DNA of 64,000 nucleotides from assembly GCF_006345805.1 (NCBI RefSeq), contig NC_043011.1, positions 15,202,464 through 15,266,463 on the forward strand, written 5' to 3'. A model generated the notes under the pieces. The model saw only the letters and a list, made by a program, of their open reading frames with translations. It had not been told where the DNA came from and did not search any database. This document shows positions 10,311 through 21,156 of the stretch, one piece after another. Every line of letters begins with the position of its first letter. The first letter of the stretch is position 1. The position numbers and the translations under genes were made by a program. The DNA is from Octopus sinensis. Lineage: Eukaryota.

Positions 10311-10682
10311 TTATTTTACTTGTTTCAATCATTTGACTGCGGTCAATTCGACCCCAGGACTTATTCTTTGTAAACCTAGTACTTATTCTATTGGTCACTT
10401 TTTGCCGAACCGGTAAGTGGTGGGACATAAACACACCAGCATCGGTTGTCAAGCGACGGTGGTGGTGGTGGTGAGGGGGGGCAAACACAAACGCCCAAAC
10501 ACACACGCACACACATACGACAGGCTTCTTTTCAGTTTCCGTCTACCAAATCCATTCACAAGGCTTTGGTCGGCCGGAGGCTGTAGAAGAAGACACTTGA
10601 CCAAGGTGTCACACAGTAGGCCTGAACCCGGAAACACGTGGTTGGGAAGCTAGCTTCTTACCAGACAGCCTCGCCTGCGCCT
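10311..10682 (-). mobile_element. SINE family B
   Basis: Homologous to 58158-58567 (reverse complement). Confidence 0.82.
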
Positions 10683-11470
10683 ATCCACACAGCCACGTCT
10701 GCATCTCTGAATAAAAATAAATCATTTAATTAGAAATTATGCAACATATTCGTTCTCTAATGCAGTAGAGTGTGGTACATTTTCTAAAGACAACTAATCA
10801 AAATTTGATGCACCGGTTATGAGTGTTATTTGGAAGATTTTGTGAATATTTTCGTGAATATATTACTCAGTTACCTATCTCTTTCAATCGCTTGAATAAT
10901 AGGTAATTCTTCCATATAACAATTTCTAATCATGAACAAATTGCAATTAAAACCTTGAAGCACGTTCCTAATGTTTGACCCCCAAATCAGTGATGATCTT
11001 AACTTGACAACTACATATGATCCTACCTTACAAAGCCAAATGTTAATACTTAGCGCCTGTCAGAAAATGCTTCTGAACCGAGTAGCTATGATGGCCCTCA
11101 AAGTTCATCCGAAACCCAGTATAGAATACTGCAACAACACATATATAAGTGCCGCTGCCATGCGCCAAAACTCCAATGAGCTTGCGAAAAAAAAGCAAAC
11201 ACTTAATTGTCACGGACTCACTCAGCAACAGACTCTAACATTTATCCCAGAGACATCCACTCACTTTTTCTCCGCAGTTAACAACACCGTCTCTGCTCCT
11301 CAGAGTTAGCTATTTATGTATCATATCTATTACAAATCCTCTCCTTTCTTGTCACCAACGCAGTCTTATCTCCCAAAACTTACAACAGTTTCATTGACTA
11401 CAATCCTCTTTTTTCCCAAATCCCGACATGTTTTTGTGAAAACACACACATGCATGTATATATATATATA

Positions 11471-11535
<65 letters not shown>

Positions 11536-11561
11536 GCATTTATAAATATGTATATATATAT

Positions 11562-11773
11562 AATGATAAATCTCAGAGCGAGTTACAAACAGTAGCGGTA
11601 ACACATCGTGGCGTATATTTGCCATTCGAATATGGCTAACCCCTAAGGGTGGATGCTACTGTAGTTTGTAGCCCCAGGAGGTGTCTTCCTTGGGGTTAGC
11701 CATATTCGAATGGCAAATATACGTCACGATGTGTTACCGCTACTGTTTGTAACTCGCTCTGAGATTTATCATT
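11562..11773. repeat. Fold-back/MITE-like element with about 82-bp inverted arms; a partial second arm at about 11966-12047
   Basis: aatgataaatctcagagcgag...ggctaacccc and ggggttagcc...ctcgctctgagatttatcatt, one mismatch; follows (TA)n. Confidence 0.85.
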
Positions 11774-12064
11774 GTTTGATTTCACTTTTTCAATATCAGT
11801 GTCAATCGATACTGGAAAAAGTATATGTATTTGTGAGGGAAACTGACTTCTGGTCGACAACTATGATTGTCACACGCCGTGTGTATCATAAGTTGAAGAC
11901 GGGAAGGATGACTTCCCTTCACAAATACTGATAGGGCACAGAAAGTGTGTCTATAGCCAGCTGGAGGAGGTGTCTTCCTGGGGCTACAAACTACAGTAGC
12001 ATCCACCCTTAGGGGTTAGCTATATTCGAATGGCAAATATACGTCACTATATATATATATGCAT

Positions 12065-12659
12065 TTGACTATTGCTCTCAGCTGTGGTTACCAACCAGTG
12101 TAAAATTAATTGCAGAACTTGAGGCAATCCAACGAAGCTACACGAAGATAGCCTCTATGCAGCATATAAGCTACTAGGAAAGACTCAAGAGATTGAGACT
12201 CTATTCCCTGGAGAGTCGGCTGGAAAGATACTCCGTAATAAATATCTGGAAGACCCTGGAGGGACTTGTGCCACATTTTGGCATTGAGAGTTACACGAAC
12301 GCTAGAAAAGGGCGCCACTCCATAGTGCCAAAGACTCCTACTTTGCCATCAAAATATAGGACAAGATATTCTAATAATCTGGGCTTTAAAGGACCACGGC
12401 TCTTCAGTATTCTCCTGAAGGAGCTATATGGGGTGGATGTCTTACTAGATCTAGATATCTTACTGTCAAGAGTTCCAGATGGACCGACATTACAGCAACA
12501 AGTGCAAATGAGAGCAGGGCATCAAACTCCCTCATGCACCAAATATCAAGTTCTGAAAAGAATTAGTGAAGTAAAAATTATGTAGCATCAAATGGCGCTG
12601 CCCTAGCGTGGCGACAACTCGTGAACTGAAACTAGTTCAATTCAATTCGTTCAATTCAA

Positions 12660-12660
<1 letters not shown>
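12065..12660 (+). pseudogene. CR1-clade LINE 3' fragment (ORF2 C-terminus, degenerate) with a (TTCAA)n tail
   Basis: ELEAIQRSYTKI...ERLKRLRLYSLESRLERYSVINIWKTLEGLVP...KGPRLF resembles the CR1 post-RT region; contains stops and frameshifts. Confidence 0.75.
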
Positions 12661-12694
<34 letters not shown>

Positions 12695-12696
<2 letters not shown>

Positions 12697-13524
12697 ACAT
12701 CACAATCAAGGAACGGCCATAATAGGCCATTCACCCACTAGAAATAACAGCCAAAAGCTTTAACCGCAAAATAACATCAATTCCGTAAACCAGGAGAAAA
12801 TTAAAAAACATTTACCCTGTAATTTCTTATACGATGCACCGTTTCATCTACTGTTTAATGGTAAACTAACCTGATTAAATTAAATCAAGCCAATCTACCA
12901 TAGGCCCTTAGATTCATCAGTAAGAAATAGCCAAGTCGGAACAGATATTTTTCACGAGGCATTCCCGTCCCTGCCTCGGCAATATCTGACCTAAAATTTT
13001 CAAATCATCGCACTCGCGCCAAATTTATCGGCAGCAAATAAATATAAGCCGCCGATTCCATTACGGAATTAACCAGAAAATTCATAATTAATCAATATAG
13101 GGTGGCAAAAAATTTTGTAGAATTTTTTTGCCACCAGCGGCCTAGTGCGAAAAAATTAAATAGTCAAAGACCATTTTTAAGTTCAACATCACAATCAAGG
13201 AACGGCCATAATAGGCCATTCACCCACTAGAAATATCAGCCAAAAGCTTTAACCGCAAAATAACATCAATTCCGTAAACCAGGAGAAAATTTAAAAAAAA
13301 CAGGGTAAATTTTTTTAATTTTCTCCTGGTTTACGGAATTGATGTTATTTTGCGGGTAAAGCTTTTGGCTGTTATTTCTAGTGGGTGAATGGCCTATTAT
13401 GGCCGTTCCTTGATTGTGATGTTGAACTTAAAAATGGTCTTTGACTATTTAATTTTTTCCCACTAGGCCGCTGGTGGCAAAAAAATTCTACAAAATTTTT
13501 TGCCACCCTATATTGATTAATTAT
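12695..13524. mobile_element. Unclassified repeat: 489-bp partial tandem unit plus an approximately 217-bp fold-back (arms 13084-13300 and 13301-13524), inserted in (TA)n
   Basis: Direct repeat 12695-12810 = 13184-13299; near-perfect palindrome; flanked by TA runs. Confidence 0.8.
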
Positions 13525-13600
13525 ATATATATATATATATTATATATAGGTATGTGTGTGTGCGTATACTGACACAGACACTGCGCTATATATGTGTCTG

Positions 13601-13656
<56 letters not shown>

Positions 13657-13658
<2 letters not shown>

Positions 13659-14102
13659 CAACTTATAAATGAGGGCAAACGAAAAAATTTCTAATGCCAA
13701 ATATGCCGAAATTAGACACATTGTCCATAACCATATAATTTATCACAACATGCACGCTACTCGAAAAAGGTTGACAGAAATTTCTAAAAAATTCCGTTAT
13801 TACCATATCGGACCGATTTCAGGGTTAGTTCATAAGAACCCTCCCTTCGTCAGTGATAAATGCGGCAAAGAAAATAAATGAAATACTTACTCATACCCAT
13901 GGAAGAAGCAAACACTAAGTCATGAGCACAATTAAGTATACCAAATATATCCAAAACAGAAATTCTCCAGCCCATTCGAGAAACGTGCGATTCGAACTGA
14001 ATATTGTGCATATTGTGATAAATTATGTTTATGGACAATATGTCTAATTTCGGCCTATTTGGCATTAGAAATTTTTTCGTTTGCCCTCATTTATAAGTTG
14101 TT
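13657..14102. mobile_element. Fold-back element with about 98-bp inverted arms enclosing a hammerhead motif (probably Penelope-like derived)
   Basis: Arms 13657-13755 and 14006-14102; follows (TA)n. Confidence 0.75.
13806..13858 (-). ncRNA. Type I hammerhead ribozyme motif (one stem I mismatch)
   Basis: Minus strand reads tatca CTGACGA AGGG..GTTC-ttat-GAAC..CCCT GAAA TCGG TC cgata: canonical core, GUC site, A.C mismatch at the first stem I pair. Confidence 0.7.
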
Positions 14103-14294
14103 TATAAATTTTACCTTTAAAGGTATTTTTTAATATGCTGGACATGGATAAAAAATTTTTCGAAAAGATTTTATCCTACATAAGATGTATAATATATATA
14201 TATATGTGTGTGTGTGTGTGGTGTGTGTGTGTGTGTGTGTATATATAAATGGATGAATGAATTATCCTTTGTTTACCGTTGTTGAGATAAGCTC

Positions 14295-14388
14295 TCTTTC
14301 TTTCCTGACGAGAAGATTGCATTTTACACCGTTTATTCCTTTGGAATAAAAGAATGCTGTCTTCGAAACATATGTCGAAAGTGAAAGA
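14295..14388 (+). ncRNA. Type I hammerhead ribozyme with an intact core
   Basis: CTGACGA 14305-14311; stem II GAAGA/TCTTC with a long extension; GAAA 14365-14368; palindromic ACATATGT stem III; GUC site at C14376; stem I ctttc/gaaag plus 5 more bp after a 2-nt bulge. Confidence 0.88.
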
Positions 14389-14714
14389 ATTTAAATACCA
14401 TATGCGTTCAACTCCATTTATTTACTTATATATATATACACAGAATACATGCATATGCAGAGATACGGAGAAACAAAAGTGATGGAAGACAGGTAGAAGA
14501 ATTACCATTATGTTATTAGACCGCATCACTTTCATACTATACACGTATCAATTCAGTATATTTCTCAGTGGAAGCAACTGTCTGGGAACACTGTTTATTT
14601 TACCCATTTTACTGTTCTCTTATAATCATTAAATACATTCAACGGTGTTATTGTTGTTGATCTGCCCGCAGTTAGTCTTGATCGAACTGATCTATAATGA
14701 GAAATGGTGTAGCT

Positions 14715-14766
14715 ATGAGAAAGCCATTATTATTATTATTATTATTGTTGTTGTTGTTGTTGTTGT

Positions 14767-14798
<32 letters not shown>

Positions 14799-14984
14799 TT
14801 ATTATTATTATTATTATTGTATTATCATCATCATCATCGCTATCATCATCATCATCATCATCGCTATCATCAACATCATCATCATGATCATGATCATGAT
14901 CATCATGATCATCATGATCATCATCATCATCCACATCATCATCATAATCATCCTCATCCTCCTCATCATCATCATAATCATCAT
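14715..14984. repeat. Compound trinucleotide array (TAT/TGT/TAC/CAT)n
   Basis: Directly visible. Confidence 0.92.
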
Positions 14985-15338
14985 TTTCTTTGCACAGCTT
15001 CTAACGCTGAAGATGTACTACGGTGTCATCCGTTCACTACCAAAGAACTAAGGTAGCACCTCCTTGTTCTTCGAGCATCTTCCGGAATAATCGAGAGGTT
15101 CCAAGCAGTGCTGTTTTCTGCAAGTGCTCCACCCTTACTGCAGCCCCTATTTGTTCCATGTAATTCTCAAGATTTTTACTCACTGTTCCCAGGGCTCCGA
15201 CAGTTATTGTTACTACTACCACCTCTTTCATCGACAAAAACTGCTTAACCTCCCAAGCTAACCTGTCATATCTATAGACTTTTCTTTCTTTTCGCATATC
15301 TTGTTGTCAGCTGACCATGCTATATCTATGCTCCAGCA
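14985..15338 (-). pseudogene. R4/Dong-like REL-endonuclease LINE 3' fragment
   Basis: Minus-strand frames give IDIAWSADNKICEKKEK and RYDRLAWEVKQ...VVVVTITVGALGTVSK...LQKTALLGTSRLFRKMLE, the typical REL domain and C-terminus of R4-clade elements. Confidence 0.75.
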
Positions 15339-16240
15339 TATTATTATTATTATTATTGAGTGAGAGAGCAGTGCATGCCATCAAAGTGACACTGGGGTAA
15401 AGTATACAAAGCCCAGTATACCCATCATGACTACCCGTCTGATAAGGGTACATCAGGCACATGCATCACAACCATATGTGCGCAACATGGTGATCTCATA
15501 TCAAGATAAATATGAGCTGAATTATCCAAACCTCTAAGATTTCCTTTCAACATACGGCTATGAATGCTCTCCCATTACTTCTGCTCGTGGTCAGAGGTGA
15601 ACATATCGTCAGCCGCTAAAGGACATGGTCAACTGGTTAAGGTCAAACAACCGACAAGCAAATCCGTGATATTCAGCAGAATATTTGCTATAGCCCAGTG
15701 TACATAAGACGTATACTTTCTCTTTTACGATTGTAGTATAGGACATGAGAGTGATTTGGCTGCTATTTTTACTAGGATTGTCTTGAATTCAAAATAATAT
15801 CTTTTCACAAAAAGGTTCTACTCAGGTGACACAATTTCTCTCTGGTTAAAGTTATATGTAAAGTAAAACAATCACTTTGCAAATAAAATTCATTCACAGC
15901 TAAATTTATGCAAATATATGTTAATAATATTTTGGTTTTCCTGGACAACACAGTAAGACATAAAATGGTGGTAAGTCCTGCAGATTTAAATACATGCGTA
16001 GGAAAACTGAATCTTCTGTTGTATAAGATATCTCAAATTTTTGCAGGCTGATCTTGCTGGAGGGGACAGATTAGCGGTTTTCGCGCGTTAAAAAAACTGA
16101 GAGAATAAGAAATGTAATATACGATAACTCAAGGAACTGATTCTTGCATATATAAACTGGGTTTTCAAAGTCATATCAACGTATCTCCATCATTATTTTC
16201 TTCTGGACGCAAATTGTTGAATTTCCTGTGTATATTTTCT

Positions 16241-16496
16241 GTACTTGTTTCAGTAATTAGACCGCAGCCATGCTGGTTCACCGCCCTGAAGCATTACTTA
16301 TTCTTTTAAAGCCTGGTACTTATTTTATCGGTTTCGTTTGCCGAATCGCTAAGTTACGGGAACGTAAACACACCGGCCCCATTTATGAAGTGGTGTTGGG
16401 GGACAAACGCAGTCGTAAAGTTACACACACACGCACACACACGCACACACATACACACACACACAGACACACACACAGACACACACACACACACAA

Positions 16497-16535
<39 letters not shown>

Positions 16536-16672
16536 AATATCCGACGGGGTTCTTTCAGTTTCCGATTACAAAATCCTCTGACAAGGCTACAGTAGAAGGC
16601 ATCTGTCCAAAGTGCTACGCAATGGAACTGAACCCCGAACCATATGGTTGGGAAGAAGCAATCTTCTTTCAC
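16241..16672 (-). mobile_element. SINE family B (degenerate)
   Basis: Homologous to 58158-58567. Confidence 0.75.
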
Positions 16673-18133
16673 CATGATAGATCGCTAGGCACTACACCTT
16701 CTTTATTTTCTCTCCGTGTTTGTTTCTGTGTTCATTTCTGTGGAGGAGCGTAGGCTCGAAACGTTAAACTAATACATCTGTTTGTTGTCTACACCACCTG
16801 TCTTCGATTTTTGTTTCTTTGTGAATTCTCCCTATATATATGTATATATGTATGTATGTAGTAGTATGTATTTATATATATAACATACATTATATAGATA
16901 TATATATATATAATATGTATATATATATTATATATGTATATATATTACTTATATATAAATGTTTGTGTATATATGTAATATATATATATATATATTATAT
17001 CTAATATATATATATATAATATATATATATAGAGAGAGAGAGAGGAGGGAGAGAGAGAGAGGTGAGAGAAAGTGAAGAGAGATACAGTGTGAGAGAAAGG
17101 GTTAAAACTAGAGGGTCATCGGGAAGAAAAATCAAAATAAGAATATATAAAATGTCTCGGTATCCGAACTTTTGTTTAATAGTTTACACGTAAAAAGATT
17201 TAGTGTGTTAATTAAGAAATACTTCAGAGGTCTGAGGTCAGTGCCACATAGCTATGGGCTATGGTTGGGTGTTTTGTTCTCAGAAAGACACTGTTAATCT
17301 TTTCTTTTGAGAAACATGACTACGAATTCTTTATAATTTCATATGAAAAGGTTTATATATATATATTACTGTGAGCGTGCATATGTGTGGGGGAATTACA
17401 GCTTTAGAATGTGCCGTGCCGTAAACATAATGCGACATAACAGTTGTACGTGCTATAAACTTAAATGTTGATAAATGTTTTCTACGCAATGACACACACA
17501 CATACACACCACACACACACACACACAACACAAGTCCCTGTATTTGTTACCGTGCCTGCATGCATATGTATCTTTATTAGCTTTTCATAAAGTTGGCGAA
17601 GACGATTCAACGGATAACGTTTAGTAACTTAATACATAGAATCTCAGGTATTATAAATTTATAAGTGGCTTTAACACTTTTCCTTAATCTATTTTCCTAC
17701 ACGTTCATAACTCATTCATGCTTATAGAACCTAACTACATTTGTATTATCACCTACTTTCAATGTCGTACGCTTTCTTCATTTCATTGATGATTGAATCG
17801 AAATGCTTTTGACGTGCGTCTGGAGAATATTCATTTTTATGTTTATTCCACCGTCTCAGTCTCAATATATGTCTATATACATTCACACGCTAAAAAGAAA
17901 ACGAATAAAGACCCTACTCTAATAATTAAAACATGAAAATCGAACCGGATAAAATACAACCAAGCATAGAAAGAAGAATATAATCCAGGTTTAAAGCGAC
18001 TAAAATCTCTCTCTCTCTCTCCCTCTTTCTCTTTCGCTGTCACTAACTTCCTTTTTCCCTCTTGCCTCACTTACACAGGCACGCCTACCTACTCATGTAT
18101 ATATATATATATATATATATTATATAATATAGA

Positions 18134-18189
<56 letters not shown>

Positions 18190-18461
18190 GCATGTATGTA
18201 TGTGTATCTATATATCTCTATCTATTTCTGTCTGTCTATGTGTCTCTGTCTCTCTCTCTCTAAATTTATATATATTTTCTCCAGCCGTTAAGTTACGGGG
18301 ACCGTAAACACACTAGCATCGGTTGTCGAGCGATGTTGGGGTGATAAACACACGTGCCACACACACACACGTACACACACACACGTGTAACACACACACA
18401 CACACGTGCACACCACAAACACCACACACACAGGCTATAATATACTATATATATGTATATA

Positions 18462-18517
<56 letters not shown>

Positions 18518-18679
18518 TGAGGAAGGTGGGTGTGTGAAAGAACGTAGTTTTGAATATATAGAAAAATAGTTAAAAGTGAAAAGACTACAGAAGGCTTGTT
18601 TTAAAAGGTTAAAAAATATAGATTTGGTCAATATGTCTGAAGATATTATAATCTTTTTCTTACAATGACATAGTTTAGA

Positions 18680-18716
18680 AGAAATGACGGTTTCGCGTGT
18701 AGCTTTTCAAATTTCT
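18680..18716 (-). ncRNA. Minimal type I hammerhead-like motif with a U3:A8 core (left arm copy)
   Basis: Minus strand reads agaaat TTGAAAA GC-tacac-GC GAAA CCG TC atttct. Confidence 0.5.
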
Positions 18717-19096
18717 ACGGGACTATCCCAGACCGTAGATGCACACGGCATCGACAACAAGATTGCATTCCCAGATACAGAATGATACCTTTTATGAGCA
18801 CATTGAGAAATGCGCAAAGCAACTTCTACCACAATTTTAATCTTTCCATTTTTACCAATGTGCTATCGGACACCCACAAATTAGACAAACAAGGAAACAT
18901 TCTCATTAAAAAGTACAAGCCCAGACTTAACCATTCCAAACATACTTATACAGAAATTCACCCCAAAGGAAAGGCAAAAAAAATTAAGCGATTATCTCCT
19001 TTACACGAAGAAATCAATTATTACCTCCCCTTATCTAGAACTCTTGTCAACATAAAACATAACGAGAAACTCTTCTCAACATAAACATACGACGTA

Positions 19097-19136
19097 AGAA
19101 ATTTGAAAAGCTAAACGCAAAAACCGGTCATTTCTT
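19097..19136 (+). ncRNA. Minimal type I hammerhead-like motif with a U3:A8 core (right arm copy, GAAA mutated)
   Basis: aagaaat TTGAAAA GC-taaac-GC aaaa ACCGGT C atttctt. Confidence 0.45.
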
Positions 19137-19300
19137 CTAAACTATGTCATTGTAGAAAAAAAATTTATAATATTCTTCAGAAATATTGACTCAAATATAT
19201 ATTTTTTAACCTTTTAAAACAAGCCTTCTGTAGTCTTTTCACTTTTTACTATTTTCTATAGATATTTATATATACAAAATATATATATATATATATTATA

Positions 19301-19575
19301 TAAAAGGGCTTAGTAAAAAAATTACTTTGCCGCATACTGAACTCATTAGAAATAGCAGCCAAAAAAACCTTTCTAGAAACTATTTCTAATACTTAAAGAA
19401 GCCTCTCTCATATAGTGTTTGCTTCAATTCACTCACGGAAGTATTGAGCAAAACACTCTATATGAGAGAGGTTTTCTTTAAGTATTAGAAATAGTTCTAG
19501 AAAAGTTTTTTTTGGCTGCTATTTCTAATGAGTTCAGTATGCGGCAAAGTAATTTATTTTACTAAGATCCTTTTA
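19301..19575. repeat. Fold-back element, about 130-bp arms and a 14-nt spacer, containing tagaaatagcagccaaa
   Basis: Arms 19301-19428 and 19443-19575. Confidence 0.82.
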
Positions 19576-19699
19576 AAATGTAATAATTTGAATTCGCCTT
19601 AAATGGTCCCTTGCATACTGGAATATTGGTGAAATTGATTAATTAATTAATTTACCCTCAATTGTTGAAATATATAATATATATAGTATATATATATAT

Positions 19700-19910
19700 A
19701 AATACGATCAGCCACGCTACATCCACTTCTGGGGTATTTCCTCCACCCTAACCCTGGAAGCACATCTCCTAAGGTATACAGGTAGAAGAACCACTTCATG
19801 ATTTTCAGCGGTGTTGCTGAGTGCAGCTTAATGGTAGTTACCTTTCTGAACTGCACATCCACCGTTCCAAACATTTCTTCCCTCTGGCAAGATAGGTAAT
19901 CTATTGCCTA
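19700..19910 (-). pseudogene. Degenerate fragment of a third, divergent Tx1-like ORF1 abutting the gap
   Basis: FGTVDVQF / LPVYLRRCASRVRVEEIP / VDVAWLI align by eye with ORF1 FATVQVHF / LSYLGRRITKVTINIVPP / VNTQWLV. Confidence 0.55.
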
Positions 19911-20010
19911 NNNNNNNNNNNNNNNNNNNNNNNNNNNNNNNNNNNNNNNNNNNNNNNNNNNNNNNNNNNNNNNNNNNNNNNNNNNNNNNNNNNNNNNNNN
20001 NNNNNNNNNN
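19911..20010. other. Assembly gap (100 N)
   Basis: Run of n. Confidence 1.
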
Positions 20011-20056
20011 CTCAGAGTTTTATCTTGGCTATTGAAAATTGTCCACATTTTTTTAC

Positions 20057-20093
<37 letters not shown>

Positions 20094-21103
20094 TATGTAT
20101 GTATACATAAACACATATCTACATATAAACATATACATATACATACATAGGTGAATCGTACATACTATTCACGTGCGCAAAATACATAAAGAACAACATT
20201 GAACAATATATTACATTACATTGGGTATATTATGCGTCATATAGTCAAGTAAATGTATTCTAATGTATATATACTACCGCATTTAACAGTACCAACAGTA
20301 TTATTGCTTTAACGATAATACTAAACAGAAAATGCGCATTATGTTCATGTATACTAACATAACAAAAATTCATGAAACAAGGTACGACGTATAAGTATTC
20401 ACACATACACATATATATATATACATATGCTCAAACAAAATATTTGCGTATGAATATATTAATCATACAAATATATTCTAGATATTACTTAACGCATCCA
20501 CGTAACGCGAACAAGTTTAATTTTAAAATCCAAAAAATTCAATCCAAATTATATGTCTAAGCTGGGTTAGGTCCACAAAATATAAGTGTCTGTTATATGC
20601 ATATTGGATTTCATAATGTTTACATTTTTGTTATATGGATATCAACATTAATACATCCACGTAATCAAACAAATTTAATTTTTAAAAACCAGAGTAGCAC
20701 TTAAACTCCATGTCCAAATTTAATTTTGTCCAAAGGTTTGCGTGTATATGTATATAGTCTATGTGTATCCATCTGTGAATTTTGATGTATATATGTATAT
20801 TGATGGTTTAGTATGCGTATATACTGTTGTAAAATATTTATGTAATGCAGCGTGAAAATTTAAATTTTAATTTTAATGTATTAACTGTATTAATTGAATT
20901 ATATTTCGTATTTTGAATCCGCTTTTCGATTTAAGGTTTTCCTGGATTTTTATAATAGGATGAATTTATATTGAATTCATTTAATTTGTTTATTTTGTTC
21001 ATTGTATGCTTAAGACCGTTAATTGAAAGGACCTTTAAGAATCCATTTTTAAAGGTGTATCCTTTAACTAGTTTTATTCATATCGTTATTTCTGTTCTAT
21101 TTT

Positions 21104-21156
21104 AACAAAACTGTTCGACGAACGGGAACGTGAAACTCTGAGTAACAGCTTTTGTT
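21104..21156 (+). ncRNA. Degenerate type I hammerhead (core TCGACGA)
   Basis: aacaaaactgt TCGACGA ACG-GGAA-CGT GAAA CTCTGAG TA acagcttttgtt; homologous to 53653-53705. Confidence 0.6.

Larger units (their letters stand above)
18557..19260 (+). mobile_element. Penelope-like element 3' remnant: degenerate GIY-YIG endonuclease C-terminus (about 18720-19000) between approximately 165-bp inverted repeats
   Basis: Frameshifted RCTRHRQQ..PRYRMIP / EHIEKCAKQLLPQF..FYQC / NILIKKYKPRLN; arms 18557-18718 and 19093-19260; hammerhead-like motif in each arm. Confidence 0.72.

Noticed and set aside
11635-11700. Telomere-like taacccctaa/ggggttag motifs
   Set aside because: Single occurrences inside a fold-back arm, not tandem TTAGGG arrays.
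12890-12925. Hammerhead at minus-strand CTGATGA-ATCTA..TAGAT (and CTGATGA at about 62662)
   Set aside because: No GAAA or UH site follows; noted only as a conserved motif of the 500-bp family.
13135-13146. Helitron CTAG 3' end after a hairpin
   Set aside because: Homology continues past CTAG in all copies, so it is not the terminus.
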